Shown in pieces: positions 28,114 to 37,578 of a DNA stretch of 64,000 nucleotides. The first letter of the stretch is position 1. Each line of letters starts with the position of its first letter. Location: NCBI GenBank assembly GCA_963555985.3, contig OY820591.1, positions 1,440,001-1,504,000 on the forward strand. Direction: 5' to 3'. This DNA is from Dehalococcoidia bacterium. GTDB lineage: Bacteria > Chloroflexota > Dehalococcoidia > Bin125. Under the pieces are notes generated by a model. That model was not told the origin of the DNA. It searched no databases and saw only the letters and a program-made list of their open reading frames with translations. A program made the translations under genes and the position numbers.

Positions 28114-29475
28114 CTAGTCAGCGGCGGCTACTGCGGTTGGAGCGATGAAGGATTTGGCGCTGGCACGGTCGACCCGGAGGTCGAGGTGCTTGAGGCCCCG
28201 GAGGACGATGTTGGGCTTGTACTCGGGCGTGCGGGTACCGAAGCGGATGTCGTCGAAGCGTTCGAGCAGGACTTCGAAGGCGACTTTGGCTTCGAGGCGT
28301 GCGAGGGGCGCTCCGAGGCAATGATGGATGCCGCGGCCGAAAGAGATATTGCCGGCGTCCTCGCGGGTGACATCGAGCGTTTCGGGGTCGCTGAATTCTT
28401 CAGGATCGCGGTTGGCGCCGCCAATCAGGAGCGACACGCGAGTGCGAGGCTTGACGGTCTTGTCGCCGATCTGGACCTCTTCCAGGGCTGTGCGTCCGTC
28501 GAGCTGGACGGGCGAGTCGTAGCGAAGCAGCTCTTCGATCGCATTGGGGATGAGTTCGGGCTGCTCGCGCAGGAGTTGGAGTTGCTCCGGGTGTTGGAGG
28601 AGGGCGCGGAGCCCATTGCCGATCAGGTTGGTCGTGGTTTCATTGCCCGCCACCAGGAGCAAACGCAGGGTGACCTGGGTTTCGTCGGTGGTCAGCGTCT
28701 CGCCTTCCTCCTCGGCCATCACGAGCCGGGAGACGAGGTCGTCGGTGGGATCGTGGCGGCGCTGCTCAATGATCGGCGCGAAGTAGTTGCGGAACTCTGC
28801 GGCGGTCTCGATGACGATCCGCCCCTCCTCTTGAGTGAGGTTCGGCTCGAGCACGCGGGCGAAGCGATCGGACCAGAGCTTGAACTGCTCGCGGTCCTGG
28901 CTCGGCACACCAATCATCTCGGCGATCACGACCGTCGGCATCAGGGCGGCCAGATTCGACATTAGGTCGAACTCGTTGCTGTCGCTCGCTTCGTCCAGAA
29001 GCGCGTGGGCGGTCTCGCGAATGTGCTCTTCCATTTTGGCGACCTGACGCGGGGTAAAGGCGCGATTGACCAATCCGCGCAGGCGGGTGTGATCGGGCGG
29101 GTCCAGTGAGAGGATTGAAGGAGTGAGTTCGTCGCGCGTGCTTTCGTTGGAGACGTTCATCGCCTCGCCGTTGCGCGGGTCGCTGCTGAACTGTCGCCAG
29201 TTGCGGAGGATGGCGTCGACATCCTCGTAACGCGAGACCGCTACCGCGCCGGTGAGCGGGCTGTAGTGGTAGGGATCGCGCTCGCGCAGTTCTTTGTAGG
29301 TCGGGTAGGGGTCGGCGATGAACTTGGGATCGAGGGGATACCAGACGACGCCGGACTGGATGCGTTCCTGGAGCAGGCGGGCGCGGATGTAGAGGGGAGC
29401 GATGGCTGAGCGGACGAGGTCACGGGTGGCCATAGGAGCTTGCTTTCGTGGCGTTGCGGCGGGCGTGCGGTTCAT
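28114..29475 (-). CDS. Cytochrome P450 (paralog 1)
   Basis: DPPDHTRLR, LLLVAGNETT, EELLRYDSPVQ, FGRGIHHCLG. Confidence 0.96.
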   Translation of the reverse strand: MNRTPAATPRKQAPMATRDLVRSAIAPLYIRARLLQERIQSGVVWYPLDPKFIADPYPTYKELRERDPYHYSPLTGAVAVSRYEDVDAILRNWRQFSSDPRNGEAMNVSNESTRDELTPSILSLDPPDHTRLRGLVNRAFTPRQVAKMEEHIRETAHALLDEASDSNEFDLMSNLAALMPTVVIAEMIGVPSQDREQFKLWSDRFARVLEPNLTQEEGRIVIETAAEFRNYFAPIIEQRRHDPTDDLVSRLVMAEEEGETLTTDETQVTLRLLLVAGNETTTNLIGNGLRALLQHPEQLQLLREQPELIPNAIEELLRYDSPVQLDGRTALEEVQIGDKTVKPRTRVSLLIGGANRDPEEFSDPETLDVTREDAGNISFGRGIHHCLGAPLARLEAKVAFEVLLERFDDIRFGTRTPEYKPNIVLRGLKHLDLRVDRASAKSFIAPTAVAAAD

Positions 29476-29542
29476 GCGCGGACGCTAGAGCGATGCTAGG
29501 TGAGTTGGAGCAATCGTGGTATGGCAGGGGAGAGCGGTGCGG

Positions 29543-30859
29543 TTAGTCGAGGGGGTGGTCCCAGTCGACCATGATGACTTCGCACTCTTGGCCGGCGTGG
29601 ACTCGTTCTTGGTTTTCGGGGCAGACGGCGTAGCCGTTGGCGAGAGCCATTGAGGTGAGGACGCCGCTGCCCTGGGGTCCGGTGAGGCGGGCGCGCCAGC
29701 GTCCGTCTTGGTCGCGGCGGAGGATGGCCCTGGCGTAGACGCGACGCCAATCGGTGTTGACGATGTCCTCTTCGGCGATGGCGCGGATGGTTGGGCGGGG
29801 TTGCGGTTGGCGTCCCATCAGCTTGTAGATCGCGAGGCGTCCAAAGAGTTCGAAAGCCAAGAGGGAAGAGACCGGATTTCCGGGTAGGCCGATGTGGGGC
29901 ACTTTGCGGCCATCGGGGGCGGTGAACTGGCCGAAGGCGAGCGGCTTGCCCGGCTTCATGCGCACGGTCCAGAAGTCGATCGCGCCTTCTCGGGCCAGGA
30001 CTTCTTTGACCACATCGAAGTCGCCACGGGAGACGCCGGCCGAGGTGATCACGAGGTCGGCGGATTCAAGCGCTTCGTTGATCTTGGCGGTCAGCGCTTC
30101 GATCGTGTCCTGAGCGATACCGAAGCGCAGGGGGACGCCGCCGTACTGCTGGACGAGGGCGCTGAGGCCGTAGGAGTTGGAGTCGTAGATCTTGCCCGGA
30201 GCGGGCGGCTCGCCCGGGATTAAGAGCTCGTCGCCGGTGGAGAGGATCGCGACTTTGGGGCGGCGAATGACAGCGACGTCGCTGACGCCGAGTGAGGCGA
30301 GGACGGCGACTTCCGGTCCGCGCAGGACTGCGCCGGCTTCGAGTACTTGCTGTCCCCGGCGCACATCCTCGCCGCGGCGGCGGATGTTGTTGCCGACTCC
30401 GGCGGCTTTGAGGATGCCGACGTCCTCGATTGCGGCGTGCTCCTGGCCGGGGGCGCGCAAACCTTCTTCATCGGTTTCTTCGAAGGGCACGATGGTGTCG
30501 GCGCCGGCGGGCATCGGCGCGCCGGTCATGATCCGCATCGCCTCGCCGGGTCCGACCGCTTGATCAGCGAGGTAGCCGGCGGCGAGTTCTCCGATCACGC
30601 GCAGGCGTACGGGTGTCGCTTCGGTCGCGCCGTCGGTGCTGGCCGACTGGACGGCGTAGCCGTCCATGGCAGTGTTGTCGTGCGGGGGGATGTCGAACGG
30701 GGCGGTGATCGAGGCGGCGAGCACCTGGCCAACGGCTTGATCGATCGGGCGCGACTCCGGGCGCAGCGGTTCGCAGAGGGCGAGGATGCGTTCGAGAGCG
30801 TCCTCGACCGGGAGCATGGCGGCGGGCGGCTCGGTGGCGCGCGGGGTTGTGTTGGTCAT
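29543..30859 (-). CDS. moeA: Molybdopterin molybdenumtransferase MoeA (gephyrin-like)
   Basis: AMDGYAV, RIMTGAPMP.GAD, ILSTGDEL, IYDSN, MKPGKP, GLPGNPVSS, QGSGVL.SM..AN. Confidence 0.96.
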   Translation of the reverse strand: MTNTTPRATEPPAAMLPVEDALERILALCEPLRPESRPIDQAVGQVLAASITAPFDIPPHDNTAMDGYAVQSASTDGATEATPVRLRVIGELAAGYLADQAVGPGEAMRIMTGAPMPAGADTIVPFEETDEEGLRAPGQEHAAIEDVGILKAAGVGNNIRRRGEDVRRGQQVLEAGAVLRGPEVAVLASLGVSDVAVIRRPKVAILSTGDELLIPGEPPAPGKIYDSNSYGLSALVQQYGGVPLRFGIAQDTIEALTAKINEALESADLVITSAGVSRGDFDVVKEVLAREGAIDFWTVRMKPGKPLAFGQFTAPDGRKVPHIGLPGNPVSSLLAFELFGRLAIYKLMGRQPQPRPTIRAIAEEDIVNTDWRRVYARAILRRDQDGRWRARLTGPQGSGVLTSMALANGYAVCPENQERVHAGQECEVIMVDWDHPLD

Positions 30860-30894
30860 CGGCGCTCTCGATTGCGGCTGCGAGTTGAGCCGGG

Positions 30895-31143
30895 CTAGAC
30901 CTGGATGGTGAGGCAGGTGGTAGTGCGCTTGACGCCGCTGACAGTCTGGATCGCGTCGGTGATACAGGCGCCGAGCTTGTCGAGGTTTTCGGCTTCGACT
31001 AGACAGATCACGTCGAAGGGCCCGGTGACCATCTCGACAGAAGTGATCTGGGCGGCTTGGTGGTGAAGTTCTCCGAGCTCGACTGCGACCTGTTTGGCGG
31101 TGCCAACTTCAGCCTCAATCAGGACATAACTTTTGACTGCCAT
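30895..31143 (-). CDS. Stand-alone Lrp/AsnC ligand-binding (RAM) domain protein
   Basis: YVLI..EVG....V, VTGPFDVI..VE, I....GV.RT.T; no HTH domain. Confidence 0.85.
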   Translation of the reverse strand: MAVKSYVLIEAEVGTAKQVAVELGELHHQAAQITSVEMVTGPFDVICLVEAENLDKLGACITDAIQTVSGVKRTTTCLTIQV

Positions 31144-31293
31144 GGGTGCGGGCTTTCCTGCTCGAACGTCGGAAACGATGGCTTCCAGCTTACCAATGGC
31201 TCCATGAGGCTGAGTATGTGATCGCGATTGGTAGGCTAATGGAGACGACTCCAGCCAACAGGGCGGGATGGTTATCCGAGGCGGAGAGCGGCT

Positions 31294-32310
31294 ATGCCGA
31301 CAGCGGTTGATGTGGACGCGCTGGAGCGTGAGGCTCTGGAGGAGTTGGAAGCAGCGGTAGACGAAGCGACGCTGGAGGCGTGGCGGTTGGCATGGTTAGG
31401 CCGGCGGGGACGGCTGACGGAGGTGTTGCGGGGGTTGCGCGAGTTGCCGGCGGAAGAGCGTCCACGCTTGGGCGCAGCGGCGAACGCTCTCAAAGGAAGG
31501 CTCGAAGCAGCGCTGGAGGATCGGCGCCAGAGGATCGTGCTGACGGTCGCGGCCGGGCCGGCGCTCGATGTGACGCTGCCTGGACGGCGCGGGTCGATGG
31601 GATCGCTGCATCCGGTGACCTTGACGCGGCGGTTGATGGAGCGCACCTTCCGGGACCTCGGATTCGATGTGGTTGAGGGCCCAGACGTGGAGCTCGAGGA
31701 GTACAACTTTGACCGGCTGCGGATTCCCGCGGGTCATCCGGCGCGTGATCTATGGGACACGATCTGGATCGCGGATGACGGCACAGGCGGCCCACGGCAG
31801 CTGTTACGCACGCACACGTCGCCGATGCAGATTCGGTATCTAGAACGGCGGAAACCGCCGATTCGAGTGATTGTTCCAGGCACGTGTTACCGCTATGAGG
31901 CGGTCGATGCGACGCATGAGTGGATGCTCACGCAGATTGAGGGGTTGGCGATCGACGAAGGGATTTCGTTCGCCCACCTGAAGGGGACGCTGGAGTCGTT
32001 TGTGCGCCGCATCTTCGGGCCGGAGATCGAGACTCGCTTCCGCTGCGACTACTTTCCCTTCGTGGAACCCGGGGCGGAGCTTGGGATTCGCTGGCAGGGC
32101 GATTGGTTGGAGGTCTTGGGCTGCGGAATGGTGCATCCGGAGATCATCGAAGATGCGGGGCTGGATCCGGAGCGCTACACAGGCTTTGCATTCGGGATCG
32201 GCGTGGAGCGGGTGGCGATGCTCCGCTACGGGGTGACGGACATTCGGCATTTCTACGCGAATGATGTTCGATTTCTGCGTCAGTTCGAGGGACGGAGCGG
32301 CGCAGCGTGA
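31294..32310 (+). CDS. pheS: Phenylalanine--tRNA ligase alpha subunit
   Basis: NFD.L.IP.GHPAR, LLRTHTSP.QIR, YFPFVEP, WLEVLGCGMVHP, GFAFG.G.ER.AML.YG..DIR.F. Confidence 0.98.
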   Translation: MPTAVDVDALEREALEELEAAVDEATLEAWRLAWLGRRGRLTEVLRGLRELPAEERPRLGAAANALKGRLEAALEDRRQRIVLTVAAGPALDVTLPGRRGSMGSLHPVTLTRRLMERTFRDLGFDVVEGPDVELEEYNFDRLRIPAGHPARDLWDTIWIADDGTGGPRQLLRTHTSPMQIRYLERRKPPIRVIVPGTCYRYEAVDATHEWMLTQIEGLAIDEGISFAHLKGTLESFVRRIFGPEIETRFRCDYFPFVEPGAELGIRWQGDWLEVLGCGMVHPEIIEDAGLDPERYTGFAFGIGVERVAMLRYGVTDIRHFYANDVRFLRQFEGRSGAA

Positions 32311-32360
32311 GGAACTTGTGCGACTGCTCGATCGACTGAGAACACACTGAGGATCTGGCG

Positions 32361-34772
32361 ATGCTGGTACCGCTGCGCTGGTTGTCGGAGTATGTGGATT
32401 GGGAATTGAGCGCAGCCGAGCTCGCGCATCGGCTGAGCATGGCCGGGGCGGAAGTGGAGCGGATCGAGCAGACAGGCGCGCGCTGGAAACAGGTGGTAGT
32501 AGGTCGAGTCGCGGAGGTCAGTCAGCATCCTGCTGCGGATCGGCTGCGGTTGGCGACCGTTGACTACGGTTCGGAAGAGCCGATGACGGTGGTCTGCGGC
32601 GCTCCGAATCTGGCTGCGGGGCAGACGATTGCGTTCGCGCAGGTGGGGGCGGAACTGATCGACCCGCAGACGCGGGCGCCGCGGCGGTTGAAGCGCGCGA
32701 AGGTTCGAGGGGTGGAATCGCGGGGGATGGTCTGCTCGGAGCGCGAGCTCGGGCTCTCGGATGAGCATGAAGGCATCCTGGTGCTCGAGACGGACGCGGC
32801 GTTGGGCACGCCTCTGGCGGACGTGCTTGGGGAAACGATCTTCGACATCAAACCGACCCCCAATCGCTCCGATCACTTTTCGATCCTGGGCATCGCGCGT
32901 GAAGTGGCGGCGTTGGTCGGCGGATCGGTTCGTGAGCCGGAGCTTGGCTATGAGGAATCGACGACGACGGCGGAAGCTCGCACGAGCGTGGCGATTGAAG
33001 ACGCGAGAGGATGTCCGCGTTATACGGCGATCGTGATTGAGGATGTGCAAGTGGGACCGTCGCCGGAGTGGATGCAGCAGGCGCTGAGCGCGGCCGGGAT
33101 GCGTCCGATCAACAATGTCGTTGACGTAACGAACTACGTGCTGCTGGAGTGGGGCCAGCCGCTGCACGCTTTCGATTACGAGCGGCTGCACGAGCATCGG
33201 ATCGTGGTGCGCCAGGCGCGGGAGGGCGAGTCGATCGAGCTGTTGGACGGATCGGAGCTTGGTTTGGAGACTGATGATCTGGTGATCGCCGACGCCGACC
33301 GCGCCGTCGCACTGGCCGGGATTATGGGTGGGGCCGACGCTGAGGTATCGGAGTCGACGACGACGGTGCTGTTGGAGACGGCGACGTTTGAGGCGGGCAC
33401 GATTCGGAGAAGCGCTGCACGACATAAGTTGCGCACGGAAGCGAGCTTGCGATTCGAGAAGATGCTGAATCCGGAGCTGGCGGAGCTCGCGGCGCGTCGC
33501 GCCGCCAAATTGATTGTGGAGACCTCGGGCGGTTCGGCTTGCGCAGGGATCGTGGATGCGTATCCGGGCAAGACGCATCCGGGTCAGGTGGTGGTTTCGC
33601 AGAAGCGAATTGAGCAGATCCTGGCGTCGCAGCCGTCGGTAGAAACGGTGCGCGGGGTGCTGGGAGCGCTGGGCATTCCCAATCGGTGGATTCCGCCGGA
33701 TCGGTATGTGGTGAGTTGCCCGCCATGGCGCTCGGACCTCACGATCGCGGATGACGTGGTAGAAGAAATCGGGCGGATCATCGGTTACGACACGTTGCCG
33801 TCGGCGGCAATAGCGGGCAGTGTGCCCGAGCCAGAGCGAGATCCGGAGCGGGAGCTGAGTGAGCAGGTTCGCGATCTCCTGAGCGGGATGGGTTGGCGCG
33901 AGATCATCACGTATGCGGCGGTCTCGGCTGAGGATCTAGCGGTGTCCAACGGCATTGAAGCGAATACGGTGCTCGGATCGATCCGGATGCAGAATCCGAT
34001 GAATTCGGAGCAGGATCGGATCCGTACGAGCCTGCGACCGGGCGGCCTGCGGGCGTTTGCGGCCAATCAGCGCGAGGCGCGCGGGGCACTGGCGCTGTTT
34101 GAGATTGGCAAGGCATTCCAGCCGCGCGCGGGCAAGCTGCCGTATGAAGAGCGGATGTTGGTCGCGCTGCTCGGTGGTGCGATTGAGGGCGGGATCCACG
34201 GCAGTGGTCGTGAGTTGGACTTCTACGACATCAAAGGGGCGCTAGAGCAGCTCGCCGAGGGGTTGGCAGTGGAAATTGAGGTTGAGGCGTTGGCTCAAGG
34301 GGACGCCATTCTCGTGCCCGGGGAGGCGGCGCAGGTCGGTACAAACGGTAAAGCGGTTGGACGGATAGGACGGGTGTCGAGAGCAGTGGCGGCGTACTTT
34401 GATCTGTCCGGTGACGTGTTCCTGCTTGAGCTTTCGCTCTCGGCGCTCGCGGCTCGGCTGCCGGCAGAGCAGGGCGTTGTCTCGCCGTCGCCGTTCCCGG
34501 CGGCGGTAGAGGACTTGGCACTGATCGTTGAGGAACAGACTCCGGCCGGTGCGCTGGCGCGGGCGATTGGACAGCAAGGATTGGTGGAAGCAGTGGAGTT
34601 GTTCGACGTGTACCGGGACGCGCCGATTCCCGAAGGGTGCAAGTCGTTGGCGTTTCGGGTGTTCTACCGTTCGCCGGATCGGACCTTGGGTGAGCGGGAA
34701 GTGGCGCGGGCGCGGCGCGGGATCGTGCGGCGGTTGGAGTCGCAGTTCGGCGCGCAATTGCGCGACTCATAG
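32361..34772 (+). CDS. pheT: Phenylalanine--tRNA ligase beta subunit
   Basis: VVCGAPN, RGVESRGMVCS.RELG, TPNR.D, RPINNVVD.TNYV, GQPLHAFD, WR.D....D.VEE..RI.GYD, FDVY, KSLAF. Confidence 0.98.
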   Translation: MLVPLRWLSEYVDWELSAAELAHRLSMAGAEVERIEQTGARWKQVVVGRVAEVSQHPAADRLRLATVDYGSEEPMTVVCGAPNLAAGQTIAFAQVGAELIDPQTRAPRRLKRAKVRGVESRGMVCSERELGLSDEHEGILVLETDAALGTPLADVLGETIFDIKPTPNRSDHFSILGIAREVAALVGGSVREPELGYEESTTTAEARTSVAIEDARGCPRYTAIVIEDVQVGPSPEWMQQALSAAGMRPINNVVDVTNYVLLEWGQPLHAFDYERLHEHRIVVRQAREGESIELLDGSELGLETDDLVIADADRAVALAGIMGGADAEVSESTTTVLLETATFEAGTIRRSAARHKLRTEASLRFEKMLNPELAELAARRAAKLIVETSGGSACAGIVDAYPGKTHPGQVVVSQKRIEQILASQPSVETVRGVLGALGIPNRWIPPDRYVVSCPPWRSDLTIADDVVEEIGRIIGYDTLPSAAIAGSVPEPERDPERELSEQVRDLLSGMGWREIITYAAVSAEDLAVSNGIEANTVLGSIRMQNPMNSEQDRIRTSLRPGGLRAFAANQREARGALALFEIGKAFQPRAGKLPYEERMLVALLGGAIEGGIHGSGRELDFYDIKGALEQLAEGLAVEIEVEALAQGDAILVPGEAAQVGTNGKAVGRIGRVSRAVAAYFDLSGDVFLLELSLSALAARLPAEQGVVSPSPFPAAVEDLALIVEEQTPAGALARAIGQQGLVEAVELFDVYRDAPIPEGCKSLAFRVFYRSPDRTLGEREVARARRGIVRRLESQFGAQLRDS

Positions 34773-34855
34773 GCTCAGTTGCGTGGTTTCGTTGCGTATG
34801 TAACGCAAGTACTGCTGCGGGTTTCATCGGCGCTGCTGTTCGTGAATTCACGAAC

Positions 34856-34882
34856 TTGGCACTCTCCGGCAGAGAGTGCCAG
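34856..34882. promoter_or_regulatory. CIRCE element (HrcA operator)
   Basis: TTGGCACTC-TCCGGCAGA-GAGTGCCAG against the consensus TTAGCACTC-N9-GAGTGCTAA; exact 9-nt spacer. Confidence 0.8.
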
Positions 34883-34931
34883 AATTGGGTAAGCTCGGAT
34901 TTGAAGAGCAATTCTCGAACGAAAGGAGCGC

Positions 34932-35441
34932 GTGATGAGTGGACGATTTGCTAACCCGGTCGGTAGTGCGGAGCGTCTGTCGAACGTGACGCAGCAGCTG
35001 TACGACTCGGGTGATCATCTGGAGCTGGCGACGGCGTTCTACGAGGCGTTGGCACTGCCGCCGGTAGAGCTACGGCGGGCGATGCGCGCGCTCGCCCGGC
35101 GCGAGGGAGGCGCTCAGCGCGATCTGCAGCACAGCCTGACGCTGATGCGGCTGCGGGCGTTGTTGCAGCATGAGTCGGGGGAGGCGCGAGTGCTCGCGCG
35201 AGCTTTCGACGACGCTTTCCTGGATCTGCCGGACGGTTGGCGCGACGCTTCGCGGGAGCTTGAACTGGCGGTGATTATGAACGCGCTGCATGCGCGGGAG
35301 TTCACCGCGCTGACGCGCATCCTGCCCTGGCTTCGCGACGGCTCGACGGGTTCGTGGCTGCTTGAGCATCTGCCGGATGCGGATGTGAGCGAGACGCTCG
35401 CTGATGCGACGGGTCAGCCGACCTTGGCTGTAAGCGGCTAA
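34932..35441 (+). CDS. Hypothetical, probably all-alpha protein downstream of CIRCE
   Basis: Strong SD GAAAGGAG at 34921-34928, then GTG 34932 / ATG 34935; followed by a hairpin. Confidence 0.75.
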   Translation: MMSGRFANPVGSAERLSNVTQQLYDSGDHLELATAFYEALALPPVELRRAMRALARREGGAQRDLQHSLTLMRLRALLQHESGEARVLARAFDDAFLDLPDGWRDASRELELAVIMNALHAREFTALTRILPWLRDGSTGSWLLEHLPDADVSETLADATGQPTLAVSG

Positions 35442-35478
35442 GGCGGCCTAGGCCAGATTCGATTCCAGCGGCAACGAT

Positions 35479-35511
35479 CACAACGCCTGAGCGTGATGCT
35501 CGGGCGTTGTG
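35479..35511. terminator. Hairpin between convergent genes
   Basis: CACAACGCCTGAGC-GTGAT-GCTCGGGCGTTGTG. Confidence 0.55.
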
Positions 35512-35530
35512 TGATCTTGGTGGGAGTTGG

Positions 35531-35881
35531 TCAAGCGGCGTTGGCCTGTTCGACGATGGCGCTGAAGGCCTGGGGATCGTGGAGAGCGAGTTCGGCCAAG
35601 ACTTTGCGATCGATTTCGATTCCGGCGACTTTGAGTTGGTGCATCAGGCGGCTGTAGGTAGTGCCGTTGAGGCGCGCGGCGGCGTTGATGCGCTGGATCC
35701 AGATACGGCGGAGGTCGCCTTTGCGTTCACGGCGATGGGCGTAGGCGTAGCTGAGCGCGTGCAGGCGGGATTCGGAGGCGCGCCGGTAGAGGCGGTGGCG
35801 GACGCCGTGATGCCCCTTGGTCTGCTTGAGGACTTTCTTGTGACGGCGGCGCTCGCGCGGACCACCCTTGACTCGTGGCAT
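35531..35881 (-). CDS. rplT: 50S ribosomal protein L20
   Basis: MPRVK, RHKKVLK, YAY..RR.RK.D.RR.WI.RINAAAR, IDRKVLAELA. Confidence 0.98.
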   Translation of the reverse strand: MPRVKGGPRERRRHKKVLKQTKGHHGVRHRLYRRASESRLHALSYAYAHRRERKGDLRRIWIQRINAAARLNGTTYSRLMHQLKVAGIEIDRKVLAELALHDPQAFSAIVEQANAA

Positions 35882-35939
35882 TGTCGAAATCCTGTCGTGG
35901 CGCTGGGTTGAGGGCTCTCGCCGGGGTTTGGCGAAGATG

Positions 35940-36146
35940 CTAAGGCGAGCCGTAGGGGAGCAGACGCTTCACACGCCGCTGGTTGCCCTTGTTCGGGACT
36001 TCGTGCATACGCCCCTGTTCGCGCAGGGTGCGCTTGTTCTTCTTCTGCTTGTTGTGGCCGCGGTAGCCCTTCATCCGCAGGACTTTGCCAGTGCGGGTGA
36101 TGCGAAAGCGTTTGGCCGCGCCCTTGTGGGTTTTCATCTTGGGCAT
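35940..36146 (-). CDS. rpmI: 50S ribosomal protein L35
   Basis: MPKMKTHKGAAKRFR.T.TGK...LLPY. Confidence 0.97.
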   Translation of the reverse strand: MPKMKTHKGAAKRFRITRTGKVLRMKGYRGHNKQKKNKRTLREQGRMHEVPNKGNQRRVKRLLPYGSP

Positions 36147-36309
36147 TGGAGCCGTTCTCCAGGGGCCGCGCGGCCTTGCCGACGCCGGGCGGCGTGATGG
36201 CTCAGCTTACGCCGCCACAGCCCCTTGATCCAATCACTTGAGGCACAGACGAGCAGCGCAGTCTGAGGCTGCAATGCGGCAAGGATCGGCAAACGGCTCG
36301 GGTGACGGC

Positions 36310-36924
36310 TTACGAAGCCGCAGCCGGGGCCTGTTCTGCTGCTTCAGCTGCCTTTGCGTCGGCCATCGCCTTGGCCTTGGCTTTGTCTTCGACCACGATG
36401 ACTGACATGAAGCGACCTTCAGTCGAGATCGGCTTCTCGATGGCGATGGGCACGCCCTGATCGTTCAAGGTGTCGAGCATCTCGTGGATGCGCTCAACGC
36501 CGATATCGCGGTGGGTGATCTCGCGTCCCCGGAACTGGATCGAGATCTTCACCTTGTCGCCGCCTTGCAGGAGACGGGCGGCGATGCGGCTCTTCGCCTC
36601 GACGTCGTGGCGGCCGGTGTTGGGGCGCATCTTGATCTGGTGAAGCGATGCGTTCTTCTGACGACGGCGGCTCTCTCGCTCACGCTTGGACTGCTCGTAC
36701 TTGAAGCGTCCATAGTCGAGCATCCGGGCGACGGGGGGCCGCGCTGTCGGCGCGACCTCAACGAGGTCGAGCCCTTGGGCGCTAGCCAAGTCCAGCGCCT
36801 GGCGGGTAGGCATGACGCCAAGCTGCTCGCCTTCAGATCCGATCACGCGCACTTCACGCGCGTAGATCATGTCGTTGACGCGCTGTTCTTTGTGGTCTCG
36901 TTGGTCACGGTCTCGAACGGCCAG
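36310..36924 (-). CDS. infC: Translation initiation factor IF-3; probable CTG start at 36924
   Basis: EVRVI...GEQLG, LDLVEVAP.A.PPV.R..DYG.FKYE, GDKVK....FRGRE. The conserved RVN..I motif begins upstream of ATG 36870; AAGGAGG lies 6 nt before an in-frame CTG. Confidence 0.93.
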   Translation of the reverse strand: MAVRDRDQRDHKEQRVNDMIYAREVRVIGSEGEQLGVMPTRQALDLASAQGLDLVEVAPTARPPVARMLDYGRFKYEQSKRERESRRRQKNASLHQIKMRPNTGRHDVEAKSRIAARLLQGGDKVKISIQFRGREITHRDIGVERIHEMLDTLNDQGVPIAIEKPISTEGRFMSVIVVEDKAKAKAMADAKAAEAAEQAPAAAS

Positions 36925-37056
36925 GGCGATCCTCCTTCGCGCAACGGCCGGGCCAGCGGCGGCGCCGACGGTTGATGTGGCAGATAGTACGTCTCTGAGC
37001 AGCGGGTTTCAATGCAACTACGCAATTGCGGCGCATTTGTGATGGATCCGGCTCGC

Positions 37057-37578
37057 CTAGCCGGATTCGGCTTCGGTGTCGATCACCAGCAGCAGGTCGG
37101 CTTGGTCAACGGCGTCACCGGGCGAGACAGCGACGTGATCGATGCGTCCGGCGGCGGGAGAGCGGATTTCGTTGTTCATTTTCATGGCGACGATGACCAG
37201 GAGCGGGTCGCCCTCCGCCACCAGATCGCCGGCTGCGACTAGGACTTCGGTAACCTCGCCGGTCATGGGCGCGGTCAGTCGCACTTCACCCTCGATCGCG
37301 GGGCCGACGGCCCCAAGCGCGCCCGCAGCGCGCTCGATTTCGGTGCGGAAGCGGTCAGGACCGATGAACAGATCAAGCGTCGCGCCGTCGCGCTGGATCG
37401 CCATGGGCGTGGCGACGCCATCGATCCAGAGACGAAAGAGCGTGTTGTCGTCGATTGATTCGAGCTCGAGTGTGTGGGTCTGATCGCCAAGGCGAGCCGT
37501 GAAACGGCCGTCGCTTTCGTCGTCGATTGCGACTTCGCGCAGTTCGCCCTGGACGATTAGCCGGTAGTTCTTCGCCAT
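37057..37578 (-). CDS. Biotin carboxyl carrier protein (acyl-CoA carboxylase biotinyl domain)
   Basis: APM.G.V..V.V..GD.V..G..L....AMKMNNEI.SP..G. Confidence 0.9.
   Translation of the reverse strand: MAKNYRLIVQGELREVAIDDESDGRFTARLGDQTHTLELESIDDNTLFRLWIDGVATPMAIQRDGATLDLFIGPDRFRTEIERAAGALGAVGPAIEGEVRLTAPMTGEVTEVLVAAGDLVAEGDPLLVIVAMKMNNEIRSPAAGRIDHVAVSPGDAVDQADLLLVIDTEAESG

Noticed and set aside
24990-28965. Long plus-strand ORFs opposite the P450 genes, and similar ones at 13225-14700, 32280-33578 and 42946-44613
   Set aside because: Antisense or alternate-frame shadows typical of high-GC coding DNA, with no recognisable motifs.
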